This document shows, one piece after another, positions 1 through 9,527 of a DNA stretch of 64,000 nucleotides. The position numbers and the translations under genes are program-made. The notes under the pieces were generated by a model, which saw only the letters and a program-made list of their open reading frames with translations, was not told the DNA's origin and ran no database searches. This DNA comes from Candidatus Aminicenantales bacterium (GTDB lineage: Bacteria > Acidobacteriota > Aminicenantia > Aminicenantales > UBA4085). How positions within the stretch are numbered: position 1 is the first letter of the stretch; each line of letters starts with the position of its first letter. The DNA is taken from the NCBI GenBank assembly GCA_049515535.1, contig JBEKTZ010000001.1, positions 1-64,000 on the forward strand, given 5' to 3'.

Positions 1-1
1 G

Positions 2-127
2 AAAATCGATCATTTCGTCCAACATTCAAATGCCAGCGCCCAGGCTTTCGCCTGGACGGCCACGGCCGATTCCATCCTGGCCAAGATCAAGAGACTTTGC
101 CAATATATTTCCGAGACGGAACACTAG
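2..127 (+). mobile_element. IS630-family transposase, C-terminal end and right end of element (5' part outside window)
   Basis: The frame from nt 2 reads KIDHFVQHSNASAQAFAWTATADSILAKIKRLCQYISETEH*, matching the typical IS630 C-terminus (F.WTATAD.IL.K...ISxT.H*). The stop lies in the terminal CACTAG. Not in the ORF track. Confidence 0.8.
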
Positions 128-286
128 ACTCAGCGATATCAAATTGACGGAAAATCTTCGGCTCGTTTTCGGCGCGGCTTCAAGGCTGCCCTTGTTATGT
201 TCAACTAGACTTATATTTGGGGATTGAGTTATCTGTCACCGAAATTAATATTCTCGGGCATTTCGAGGCGTCATCTCTTGGCGAAA

Positions 287-470
287 TGACGAGCGGTTCC
301 CCGTGGCTTGCCACGGGGAACCGCTCGTAAAGGGATCCAAGGGGGAGCCGCCCCCTTGGTCGCAGGGCGGGGTTTCATGCCCCGCCCGAGAAAGGGAGGC
401 AGGGCGACCGGGTCTTCCCGGTGCCCGTTGGAAGGGGGAAACGCGAAGCGGGTTCCCCCTCCAAATTGAC
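287..470 (+). repeat. Multi-hairpin dispersed repeat, copy 1 (full length)
   Basis: Five tandem hairpins, including a perfect 18-bp stem at 289-328. Homologous to 21168-21360 and 55385-55460 (both inverted). Confidence 0.9.
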
Positions 471-487
471 TTCCGGCGCTCGAAATT

Positions 488-1138
488 TCAATATGCGGCG
501 GGAGCGATATAGACCGCGATGGAAATGAAATGCGCGAGCGCGCCGAGAATGACGAAGATGTGCCAGACGGCATGGAAACCGAATTGATCCGGGAAGAAAT
601 CGAGCCTTTTGGTGGTATACACGACCGCGCCGAGAGTATAGATGACGCCGCCGATTCCGATTCCTATCAGCGCGCCGGCCGGAAGCATTCGCAACATTTC
701 CTTGATGGAGAGGAGCGAAAGCCAGCCCATGACCACATAGATTCCGGCCGTCAGCCAGCGCGGCGCGCTCATCATGAACATTTTCACGATCATGCCGATC
801 ACGGCCAAAGACCAGACGATCGCCAGAATTCCCCATCTCCAAAAACCCGTGAACATGATCGCGCAGATGGGCGTGTAGGTCCCGGCTATCAATATAAAGA
901 TCGCTGCATGATCGAGCTTGCGCAGGTTGGCGATGATCTTCGGCCCCGCTTTGACCCAATGATACGCGGCGCTTGTCGCAAAGAGCAGGATAAGGCTGGC
1001 GCCGTACACGCTCAAGGCAACCGTTTTGAGAAGGCTGTTCCGGCCGATATATATCAGAATGCCGGATCCGATAGCGGCGGCGATGGCCGCGAAGAAATGA
1101 GTGAGTCCGTTGGCGGGCTCGCGAATTTTCTTGATCAT
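488..1138 (-). CDS. Hemolysin III / PAQR (TrhA/YqfA-like) membrane protein
   Basis: REPANGLTH, SAAYH, RKLDHAAIFILIAGTYTP and FHAVWHIFV motifs; about 7 TM segments. Start set at ATG 1138. Confidence 0.92.
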   Translation of the reverse strand: MIKKIREPANGLTHFFAAIAAAIGSGILIYIGRNSLLKTVALSVYGASLILLFATSAAYHWVKAGPKIIANLRKLDHAAIFILIAGTYTPICAIMFTGFWRWGILAIVWSLAVIGMIVKMFMMSAPRWLTAGIYVVMGWLSLLSIKEMLRMLPAGALIGIGIGGVIYTLGAVVYTTKRLDFFPDQFGFHAVWHIFVILGALAHFISIAVYIAPAAY

Positions 1139-1399
1139 TGAAAAACAGGATATTCCTTTTCCCACGGCGCGGCGAAAAGCCGCTCCCGACGTTTAATCCC
1201 TCCTCTTGATCACAAAAAATATACCGCCGGCCGCGCGGAAATGTCAATAAGTATGAACTCGTTCACCTGGTCTGTTCACCCGCGTCTGTCACCTGCGTCT
1301 TGACAATCTCCCGTCCTATCATATATTTTTATAGGCGCTTCCTGATGAAAGGAGTTAGGGACGTGGGTGGGGTGACTTTCCTCTCCGCTTTGACCTTCC

Positions 1400-3094
1400 A
1401 TGGATAAAATCGGCAAATATAAGATTCTGGGCATCCTGGGCAAAGGAGGCATGGGCATTGTCTACAAAGCCCTGGACCCGGATATCGAACGGGAAGTGGC
1501 CATCAAGACCATCCGCTTCGATACCCTTTCGGAGGGAACGCAGAAAGACGATCTGATCGCCCGCTTCATCCGCGAGGCGCGCGCCGCCGGAAAGATCTCC
1601 CATCCCAACATCGTCACCATTTACGAAGTCGGCCGGGAGAACGACCTGACGTATATCGTCATGCAGTACGTCGAAGGCCAGAGCCTTCAATCCCTGATCG
1701 ATTCGGGGAAGAAGTTCTCCCTCCAGGAAATCGCGGAGCTGATGGGCCTGATCGGCGACGCCTTGGATTACGCCCATCAAAGCGGCATCATCCACCGCGA
1801 CATCAAGCCGGCCAATATCCTGCTCGACAAATCGGGGAAGCCTTTTCTCGCCGATTTCGGCGTGGCCCGCATGGACTCGTCCACGATGACTCAATCCGGA
1901 ACGACGGTCGGGACCTTGAGCTATATGTCCCCCGAACAGATCACCGGACAGAGCATCGACGGCCGGTCGGACCTCTTCGCCCTCGGCATCATCCTCTATG
2001 AGCTGCTTTCCGGAAAGAAACCGTTCTTCGGTGACAACATATCGACGATCGTGTATCAGATCGTCCACGAACAGCCGCGCCGCATCAGGGAAGTCAACGC
2101 CGAGCTTCCCGTGGGATACGATATCGTCATTCAAAAAATCCTGGCCAAGAGTCCGGATGACCGCTACCCGACCGGACGGGCGCTGATCGCCGCGCTCGAA
2201 AACGCCGAAAAGATATTGGAACAAACGCTGGCTTATGATACCGATAAAAAACGGTCCCCCGCGGCAGTCGCGAAAAAGAAGCCCGGCCTCGTCGTGGGGC
2301 TGGGGGTCATCGGCGTGGCCATCGTGGGGGGAATGATCATTCTGCTGTCGTCGAAACCGTCCAAACCTTCCGGAGCCGCCCTGAAACCGCCGCCCGTGAA
2401 AAAGGAAGAGGCCGGGCCGATCCCGCGCGGGGACAACGCGCCGCCGGTATCCCCCGCTGTCGACGAGAATACGGTCCAGCTCAAGGCCGCCTTCGAGGCC
2501 AAGAAATATGATGAAACGGTCAAGCTGGCCGAGGATATTCTCGCCAAGACACCGGCCCATCCGGCCGCCCAGGATTATATGAAGAAGGCCAAAAACGAGC
2601 TCCTCGCCATCCAGACCGCCCCGATTCTACGGACCGCGATCTCATTCTACAATGGTGGAAACTACGCCCAGTGCCTGCAGGAGACCGAGAAGGTCCTGGC
2701 CCTGGACAGGGACAACAAAGAAGCGCAGAGATATCAGTTTCTCGCGGATACGGCGCTGTCCAAACCGGACATTCTCGATCTGATCGAGAAACACAGGATC
2801 GCCGAGGAGAACAAGGACCTTCTCACTCTCCTCAGCCACGTGGGTTCGCCGACCCTGTCCGCCCAATTGCAGGACACATATAAAATGCTGTTCAACGGAT
2901 ACGACGATATCAAGTCCATGATTTCCAACATCACCGTGAATTTTTCCAGCCGTTCAGAAGCCGCCGCGAGTTTCTCCCGTCTTCTGACGGCCGTCTCTAA
3001 GAAAGACGGAAAGAGAAAAATCGTTTTCGAGGAAACGAAGGCCTGGCAAATCCGGAAACAAGGAAAAGTCTGGTTGATCAGCGGAACCGGATAA
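1400..3094 (+). CDS. Hanks-type Ser/Thr protein kinase with TM segment and extracytoplasmic TPR/NTF2-like region
   Basis: LGKGGMG, VAIK, HRDIKPANI, DFG, YMSPEQ motifs; hydrophobic stretch near aa 297-317. Confidence 0.95.
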   Translation: MDKIGKYKILGILGKGGMGIVYKALDPDIEREVAIKTIRFDTLSEGTQKDDLIARFIREARAAGKISHPNIVTIYEVGRENDLTYIVMQYVEGQSLQSLIDSGKKFSLQEIAELMGLIGDALDYAHQSGIIHRDIKPANILLDKSGKPFLADFGVARMDSSTMTQSGTTVGTLSYMSPEQITGQSIDGRSDLFALGIILYELLSGKKPFFGDNISTIVYQIVHEQPRRIREVNAELPVGYDIVIQKILAKSPDDRYPTGRALIAALENAEKILEQTLAYDTDKKRSPAAVAKKKPGLVVGLGVIGVAIVGGMIILLSSKPSKPSGAALKPPPVKKEEAGPIPRGDNAPPVSPAVDENTVQLKAAFEAKKYDETVKLAEDILAKTPAHPAAQDYMKKAKNELLAIQTAPILRTAISFYNGGNYAQCLQETEKVLALDRDNKEAQRYQFLADTALSKPDILDLIEKHRIAEENKDLLTLLSHVGSPTLSAQLQDTYKMLFNGYDDIKSMISNITVNFSSRSEAAASFSRLLTAVSKKDGKRKIVFEETKAWQIRKQGKVWLISGTG

Positions 3095-3122
3095 AGCCAA
3101 CGGCTTTCAAAAGGAGCTTGCG

Positions 3123-5069
3123 ATGGACGCCATGAAACACAATGGATGGAAAGTTGTCCTCGTCCTTTTTCTCTTGGCCATTCTTTTCCGGCCGGCGCTC
3201 GCCGCTCCGGCCATCAAGCTGCGGGTCACCGTCGACAACGCCAGCGTCAAAGCCACACCGGGCATCGGCGGCCAGACCCTGACGACCCTCCCTCTCGACA
3301 GCCTCCTCGACGCCGAATCCCAGCAGGGAGAATGGTATAAGGTCAGCGTCACGAAAGACGGCAACAAGATCTCCGGGTTCATCCATGAAATGCTGGTCAA
3401 GGAAGTCTCGGAAAGCGAGGCCCAGCAATCCTTGAGCTCCGCGGGAAGAGTGAAATCCCAGGCGGAAATCACCGCGGAGATCGAGATCAAAATGGATGTG
3501 GACAAACGATTGATCCGCCAGGAGAACGAGCCGGACAAAGCCCTGGACGACATGAGCCCGATGCTCGCCAAAGCCTTCGCCATCGACGACCGTCAGAAAC
3601 AGAAGCAAATCGCCTGCGAACTCTACTTGTGGATGGGGCAGGCCTACGTGAAAAAAAGCGATTTTTACGGCGCCCTGAAAGAATTCCGGAACGTGTTCGA
3701 CGTGGACTATGCCTATGCTAAAGAGATCACCAAGAACTTCTCCGATCCCACGATCAGCGGCTTAATCGACCACGCGGAAAAACTGTCCCGGGGACTGATC
3801 GTCGAATATAATCTCGAAATCACGACCAAGCCGAAAGAGGCCGTCCTCAAAGTCAACGGCAAGGACGTCGGGCGTTCCCCGGAAATCTACAAAACGTCCA
3901 TTCCCAAATTCACCCTGGAGATCGAGAAAGAAGGATACAAGCCGATCAAGGAGGAGATCTTCCTGTCGCAGTCCGCCACGACCAAGGACTACACGCTGGA
4001 GAGCAGCGGCCGGACGATCGCCCTCAGCTCCTTGCCGAAAGATGGAAAAGTCTTTTTGGACGGAGTGAACACCGGAAAGACGACGGATTGCGAATTGCCG
4101 TATGTTTCCTACGGCGCCCATTCTCTCAAAGTGGTCCGAGAGAATTATGCCGACTGGGACCTATCTTTTCAGATGATGGAGGGGACTGCAACCCTGCCCC
4201 TCTCCGCGATATTGACCGTCAAGAATTATGTCTTTTTCAAAAAGCTCGGCGATCCGGAAAGCAATTTCTTCAAGCTGCCCAAGGCCATGACATTCGACAA
4301 GGACGGCAATTTGTATATCGTGGACGAAAGCGACGTCCGGGTGAAGAAGTTCAATACCGAGGGTCTCTTCCAGGCGACTTGGGGGGATGGGGGGAGGGAG
4401 ACGAGAAACGTGAAAGTCTCGTCCGGCATCGTCGTCGATAACGGGGGAAATGTCTACGTCACGGACAGCAAAGTCTGTTGCGTCGCGAAATTCGACAAGA
4501 ACGGAAAATTCATCACGAAATGGGGAGACGAAGGGTCGAAACAGAACGAGATGATGAACCCGACCGGACTCGCCATCGATAAAAACGGCGATCTTTATGT
4601 CGCCGACACGGGAAACAACCGGATCATCAAATATTCGTCCGGCGGGGCGTGGAAAAAAACGTGGGGCAAACAGGGCGTCCGCCCCGGCGAATTCGTCTAT
4701 CCCACGGCGGTGACGATCAATTTGAAGAACGAAGTCATCGTCGTCGACCGGGCCCGCGTCCAGAAATTCTCTCTTGAGGGAGAACCTTTAGCCTCCTGGG
4801 GAAAAGCCGGCTCCGGAGACGGCGAGATGAAGGTGCCTCTGGGCGTCTGCGTCGATTCCCAAAATTATGTTTATATCGCCGACACGGGAAACAACAGGAT
4901 CCTGAAATTCGATACCGACGGCAAGCTGATCACGCAATGGGGAACGGCGGGGACAGCGGACGGACAGATGATGTCGCCCTTCGGGATCGCCATCGGCGAC
5001 AAGGGCAACGTTTTCGTCGCCGAGAGAGACAACCAGCGCTTCCAAGAATTCCGCGTGCCTGCCAAATAG
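3123..5069 (+). CDS. Secreted SH3-like/PEGA/NHL-repeat protein
   Basis: Signal peptide, GEWYKV (SH3b-like), two PEGA-like repeats, repeated YVADTGNNRI NHL units. Confidence 0.85.
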   Translation: MDAMKHNGWKVVLVLFLLAILFRPALAAPAIKLRVTVDNASVKATPGIGGQTLTTLPLDSLLDAESQQGEWYKVSVTKDGNKISGFIHEMLVKEVSESEAQQSLSSAGRVKSQAEITAEIEIKMDVDKRLIRQENEPDKALDDMSPMLAKAFAIDDRQKQKQIACELYLWMGQAYVKKSDFYGALKEFRNVFDVDYAYAKEITKNFSDPTISGLIDHAEKLSRGLIVEYNLEITTKPKEAVLKVNGKDVGRSPEIYKTSIPKFTLEIEKEGYKPIKEEIFLSQSATTKDYTLESSGRTIALSSLPKDGKVFLDGVNTGKTTDCELPYVSYGAHSLKVVRENYADWDLSFQMMEGTATLPLSAILTVKNYVFFKKLGDPESNFFKLPKAMTFDKDGNLYIVDESDVRVKKFNTEGLFQATWGDGGRETRNVKVSSGIVVDNGGNVYVTDSKVCCVAKFDKNGKFITKWGDEGSKQNEMMNPTGLAIDKNGDLYVADTGNNRIIKYSSGGAWKKTWGKQGVRPGEFVYPTAVTINLKNEVIVVDRARVQKFSLEGEPLASWGKAGSGDGEMKVPLGVCVDSQNYVYIADTGNNRILKFDTDGKLITQWGTAGTADGQMMSPFGIAIGDKGNVFVAERDNQRFQEFRVPAK

Positions 5070-5139
5070 CTTCGGAAAAGGGCGACGGCCGCGGATGTCC
5101 AGCGGCCCATTTTTCTATCGGCGGAGAGGAGATCGTGCC

Positions 5140-5946
5140 ATGGAAATAGTATCATCGGATCAAAAAAAATGTCCGCTGTGCGGGGAAACGATCCTCGCTG
5201 TAGCCGTCAAGTGCAAATATTGCGGGGAATGGCTCGACCCCGGCGCGAAAAGAGCCCAGAGTCTCCAGGGTGCGGCGGGATGGCCTTCAGGTCTCGCGGA
5301 GGCGCGATCGTTCCGCCGTTATCCCCAATTGTTCGACCGGAAGCTTTTTGGAATAAACTATCATATCGGTGCCGCTTGCTTCGTGGTCTCTTTTTTGGGA
5401 TTATTCCTCTACCCGCTCATTTATGGATTCTCCCATCCCTTTCATTTTTACTTCTCTCCGCTCGGATATTATCTGATCCAAATCTTTTTTCTTATCCTGA
5501 TGGCAGCGCTTTTCGTCCTCATCAGCCATCTGGCGCTCGAGGATTGGGTCCTTCCTTTGCTTTACGGCCTGATCTGTGTTTTGGTTCATATTTTCCGCCT
5601 TCTGATTCTCCAAGCGATCCCGATGGACAAGATCAAATTCATGCCGCCTTTTCATATAGGCGGATTGATCGCCGGTTTCCTCTCGGGATTTATGGTCTTT
5701 CTCGGGCTGGTTCTCGCCGTCCGCTCCTTCGGCCCGAAGATCTGGAGCTTCATCCTGTGGTCCGCAGGGGCATATGTCCTGCTTCAGCTATTGTATCCGC
5801 TATGCTACATGTCTATGAATAATAAATACCGCTTAAACTCTATAAGTCTCATTTCAGATCTCATCGAGGGCGTTCTTTGGGGCGCCCTGATCTACGCCGG
5901 GATCGTCCTGCATTTGAGGAAAAAAGGCATCCATCTGGGGGCCTGA
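5140..5946 (+). CDS. Zinc-ribbon membrane protein
   Basis: CPLCGE...CKYCGEWL followed by about 6 TM segments; GAGGAG RBS upstream of ATG 5140. Confidence 0.75.
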   Translation: MEIVSSDQKKCPLCGETILAVAVKCKYCGEWLDPGAKRAQSLQGAAGWPSGLAEARSFRRYPQLFDRKLFGINYHIGAACFVVSFLGLFLYPLIYGFSHPFHFYFSPLGYYLIQIFFLILMAALFVLISHLALEDWVLPLLYGLICVLVHIFRLLILQAIPMDKIKFMPPFHIGGLIAGFLSGFMVFLGLVLAVRSFGPKIWSFILWSAGAYVLLQLLYPLCYMSMNNKYRLNSISLISDLIEGVLWGALIYAGIVLHLRKKGIHLGA

Positions 5947-6017
5947 ACGCCCTGTGGCGCGCCCGGCCGTCAAAAGCCGAAGGCTTTCGGCCTCTGATTC
6001 GGATATTTTGGACTTTA

Positions 6018-6046
6018 TTGACAGGCATCCGTGCCCATGATAAATT
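6018..6046 (+). promoter_or_regulatory. sigma70-type promoter of the HEAT-repeat gene
   Basis: TTGACA-N17-TAAATT with extended -10 TG. Confidence 0.6.
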
Positions 6047-6068
6047 GTCGCCAAATGGAGGCAGATGC

Positions 6069-6731
6069 ATGAAAAATCAAGACAACGCCACGTTCGGTCA
6101 TATGGTCTGGAAAAGTCTATCCCTTTTCATTCCGGTTTTTATGCTGATCGCGCTGATATCCCAGGGAATCTCGCTTTGGGCACAAACCCCGCAAGATAAA
6201 ATCGGCGAAATCATTTCCGCGCTCAAGAACGCGGATGTCCAGATCCAGCGCAGAGCGGCGGGAGCGCTCGGATTGTTGGGAGATCAGCGTGCCGTCGAGC
6301 CGCTCATCGAAGCGCTGAAAAATTCCAACGAGGGCGTGCGCGCTGAAGCGGCCTGGGCCCTGGGAAAGATCGCGGACACCAAGGCCGTCGGGCCATTGAC
6401 TGATGTCCTCAAGAACAAGAACGAGACGCCTCAGGTCCGGAGAGAAGCGGTCGAAGCTCTGGGAATCCTGAAAGACGGCCAGGCGGTCGAAGTGTTGATC
6501 CAAGCGCTGTCCGATCCGACGCCCGGCGTCCGGGCGCGAGCCGCGTCGGCGCTCGGGCTCATCGGCGACAAGAAGGCGATCGATCCCCTCATCGGCTGTT
6601 TGAAAGATGAAGCGTTCGTCAAAAGCAAGGCCGCCGAATCTCTCTCCAAAATAACGGGACAGAATTTCGGAAAGGATCAGGAAAAACAGGCGACATGGAA
6701 AGCCTGGCGGAAAGAAAACAAGGACAAATGA
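6069..6731 (+). CDS. HEAT-repeat (PBS lyase-like) protein
   Basis: Repeated VR..AA.ALG.IGD..AV.PLI..L units; N-terminal hydrophobic segment; GGAGG RBS. Confidence 0.85.
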   Translation: MKNQDNATFGHMVWKSLSLFIPVFMLIALISQGISLWAQTPQDKIGEIISALKNADVQIQRRAAGALGLLGDQRAVEPLIEALKNSNEGVRAEAAWALGKIADTKAVGPLTDVLKNKNETPQVRREAVEALGILKDGQAVEVLIQALSDPTPGVRARAASALGLIGDKKAIDPLIGCLKDEAFVKSKAAESLSKITGQNFGKDQEKQATWKAWRKENKDK

Positions 6732-6862
6732 CGACGGCGGCCGCGCCGCTGTCCGCCCTCAGCCTCTTTTTCAGAATACGGTAAGCGCTTTCCCCAAGCG
6801 TTCAACCCGAGGGACGATTTCCCTTGTCCGCCGGGACGCGGAAAAAGGCCGGCTTCGGCGCT

Positions 6863-8596
6863 CTATTTCTTTTTCAAACTCAGATATCCGACGCCGTAAA
6901 CGCTGTCATTGCCCGCATCGCCCAGGTCCCCGGCTCGTCCCTGAAGGATCGCCCAAATATCCGTCAAACCGTAGGGTGTTTTCTCTTTCATCAGGGCGAT
7001 GGCTCCAGCGACGCAGGGCGTGGCCGCGGATGTCCCAGAAAAATAATAACCCAAATTGCCGTATGTGCTGGTGGTGACCCTGGAATACCCTGAAATATCG
7101 GGTTTTATCCGGCCGTCGTGGGTCGGGCCCTGCGAGCTGTAGGTGTGGTAAGGCGTTCGGGAATTATCGGACCAGTCGACGGCGCCGACCGTGATCGACG
7201 AAGCGGAATCCCCAGGAATCAGCAGGCTTCCAGCCTGAACGTTATTATTGACGGCGCCCGAATTTCCCATGACGAAAAGCTCCATCTTGCAATTCCTGGC
7301 CGCCAAATACTTTCCGATCCTAACTGCCCAGTAACGTGAGGTGGGGGAATAATAACCCGAAATGTCTTCCACGGGAGGCTGGAACCCATCCTGCCAACCC
7401 TGCGACGAATCAACCAAGACCCAGGAGCTTCCGTTCCAGTAATACAGAAAGAGATCGTAATCGTTGTTCGACCCGCTATACGAGGCGCCATCCCAAGTCC
7501 CCCAGTCGTCCCAATTCAGATAAGCGCCGACAACGGTGTAAGCCGGGACATAAAACGCTTCGAATTCGCTGCCGTCAGGAAAGTTGTAATAGCTGTTGTT
7601 GTCGGGATCATTGAATGTCCCTTCGAAATGATCCAGGGCGTCGTTTCCGGCCGCGCCCACCCAAAGGGTGCCGTTGGCCGCGACCCAGTTGACATCCGCG
7701 CAAATCGGACCGGTCCCCTTTCCGTCTCCGGCATTGTACCAGCCGATGGAGTAAGACAGGACGTCGATTTTTTGAGATCCCGTCAGCGACGTGATCCAGT
7801 CGACGGCGTCATGCTGCTCAACGTCCGTGCTGAAATTGACGAGCGTCAGGTTCGCGTTTGGGGCCATGTCGTGCACGATCTCCGCGCAAGCCGCGCCGTG
7901 GACCTCATCGGCCTCGATATTGCCGTCCGAACGAAACGATCTCGTCGTGACGCTGGCGGGGAGCTCCGTGCCCAATAACGACGCGTAGCCCTGGAAACCG
8001 AGGTCCAGGACGCAGACGTTCGCCCCTCCGGCAGGGTTGCGATAAGCGGTCATGCTCTGCCAGAGGTTGGCGCCCGAGGCATTCACCCCTTCCGACGTAA
8101 TGACGGTCGTCGCGACGGGCTTGAGCGGCATCCTGAGATACCTGACCAACGGATTGTCGGCGAGCGTTTCGAGGGTCGCGATGGGCACGCGGCTCTGGAT
8201 CAGATTTTGATAAGTCATCTCGACCGTCCCGCCCATGGCCTGGACCTGGCTTTTCAAAGCGGACGCCTGGGGGAACAAAGCCTGGGTTATGTTGGAATAA
8301 ACAGCCTCGGCGACGACCCGGACCTCATTTCCTTCCAGGTCGATGTTTCTCTTCGCGGCGAAGGCCCGCGCCTCGTCCGCTCCCTTGGTCAGATAAATAT
8401 TGTAGAGCTTTCCCAGCGCGTATTCGATCTTGGGATTGAGAACATCCTTGTCCATGACCGGACCGCCGGCGTTGATCGGCGGAGGGGGATCAGGCCGCGT
8501 GACCTGAAGGCCGGCTTTGTTGGGAGCGGACAGGGCCAGTCCAAAAACCGTGAAGCCGACAATCAAAAAGATAGGAGTGAGTCTCATTTTTCTCAT
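6863..8596 (-). CDS. Secreted S8 subtilisin-like serine protease
   Basis: Signal peptide; triad motifs VLDLG, HGAAC, GTSAATP; AAGN; IKPDI. Confidence 0.92.
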   Translation of the reverse strand: MRKMRLTPIFLIVGFTVFGLALSAPNKAGLQVTRPDPPPPINAGGPVMDKDVLNPKIEYALGKLYNIYLTKGADEARAFAAKRNIDLEGNEVRVVAEAVYSNITQALFPQASALKSQVQAMGGTVEMTYQNLIQSRVPIATLETLADNPLVRYLRMPLKPVATTVITSEGVNASGANLWQSMTAYRNPAGGANVCVLDLGFQGYASLLGTELPASVTTRSFRSDGNIEADEVHGAACAEIVHDMAPNANLTLVNFSTDVEQHDAVDWITSLTGSQKIDVLSYSIGWYNAGDGKGTGPICADVNWVAANGTLWVGAAGNDALDHFEGTFNDPDNNSYYNFPDGSEFEAFYVPAYTVVGAYLNWDDWGTWDGASYSGSNNDYDLFLYYWNGSSWVLVDSSQGWQDGFQPPVEDISGYYSPTSRYWAVRIGKYLAARNCKMELFVMGNSGAVNNNVQAGSLLIPGDSASSITVGAVDWSDNSRTPYHTYSSQGPTHDGRIKPDISGYSRVTTSTYGNLGYYFSGTSAATPCVAGAIALMKEKTPYGLTDIWAILQGRAGDLGDAGNDSVYGVGYLSLKKK

Positions 8597-8609
8597 GTGT
8601 CTTCTCCTC

Positions 8610-9248
8610 TCAGAAGCCGTATTTCAGGCCCAGGCTGAACATGATTGTATCCAACGGCAGGCCCGCCAGAGTGCCCGACGTCGCCGTATTGGTGGTTTGG
8701 TCGGTAAATTTCCAGGTCCCATCCGTTTTTCCCATTAAATAGCGGGCTTCGAAATTGACGAGAAACCCGGACCCCGGCCTCGCTCCGGGCGCGATCAAGT
8801 AATCCAAACCCGCTCCGACCAGGATCGTCAGGCCGCCCTTTATGGATTCGGCCAACGTGATTCCCATATCGCTCCAGGATTTCACGAGCGTAGCATCCAC
8901 GGCGAAAGAATGGAGGCCGTAGCCGCCGCCGATGACAAAATAGGGCGTCAGTTTGGCGCCCACGGGAAGCCGGCCGACAAAAGCAAGCTCTATTGGCATG
9001 ACCGTCATTTTCCCGGCGCTCAAGGCTCCCTCCACGGCCGTCACGTCGGATTGAAACCGCGTCGCCCGTAATTCCAGGGCGATATTGGGAGTCAGGTCAT
9101 AGCCCACATTCAGGCCGAACGCGATCCCGCTCCCGTATGCGGATTCCGTATGGACAGCATAGCCTCCGAATAGACCGATTCTGACGGCGGCATGGGAAAC
9201 CAACGCCGCGGCGAAAATCATCATGATGAAGACGGCGGCTTTTTTCAT
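8610..9248 (-). CDS. Outer-membrane beta-barrel protein (OmpW/OmpA-like)
   Basis: Signal peptide, amphipathic strands, TPYFVIGGG, C-terminal LGLKYGF. Confidence 0.8.
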   Translation of the reverse strand: MKKAAVFIMMIFAAALVSHAAVRIGLFGGYAVHTESAYGSGIAFGLNVGYDLTPNIALELRATRFQSDVTAVEGALSAGKMTVMPIELAFVGRLPVGAKLTPYFVIGGGYGLHSFAVDATLVKSWSDMGITLAESIKGGLTILVGAGLDYLIAPGARPGSGFLVNFEARYLMGKTDGTWKFTDQTTNTATSGTLAGLPLDTIMFSLGLKYGF

Positions 9249-9335
9249 TGAACCTCCATTTTTCTTTTATCGCGGCACGATAATCGAACCATATTCAACC
9301 GGAAAATTCCAGAAATATTTTCGGCACGCCGCGAG

Positions 9336-9415
9336 AAAAAAGGCTGGCTGTTTCAGGGAATTAAGCTAAAGGGGGTAACAAGGAGGGTGTCCTGCCCAGC
9401 CAGCGCAACAGGAAT
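9336..9415 (-). ncRNA. Candidate CU-rich stem-loop sRNA or attenuator, copy A
   Basis: GCUGGCUG/CAGCCAGC stem (9343-9404), CAGG/CCUG inner stem, CCUCCUU loop, U6 tail; directly behind a consensus promoter; paralog at about 37.0-37.1 kb. Confidence 0.55.
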
Positions 9416-9421
9416 GAAAAC

Positions 9422-9450
9422 ATTATATACTAGCAATTTTATAAAGTCAA
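9422..9450 (-). promoter_or_regulatory. sigma70 promoter
   Basis: TTGACT-N17-TATAAT on the minus strand. Confidence 0.75.
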
Positions 9451-9527
9451 TAAGATTTATTTCTGACCGTAATACCGTTTCGGGGACATAATTCCCTGTC
9501 CCCATGGGGGGCGATTGGTTGATTCGC

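Noticed and set aside
303..512. Paralogous small ORFs starting MACHGEPL (also 21078-21338)
   Set aside because: They are translations of the non-coding repeat: non-ATG starts inside a hairpin, no RBS, and the similarity ends with the repeat.
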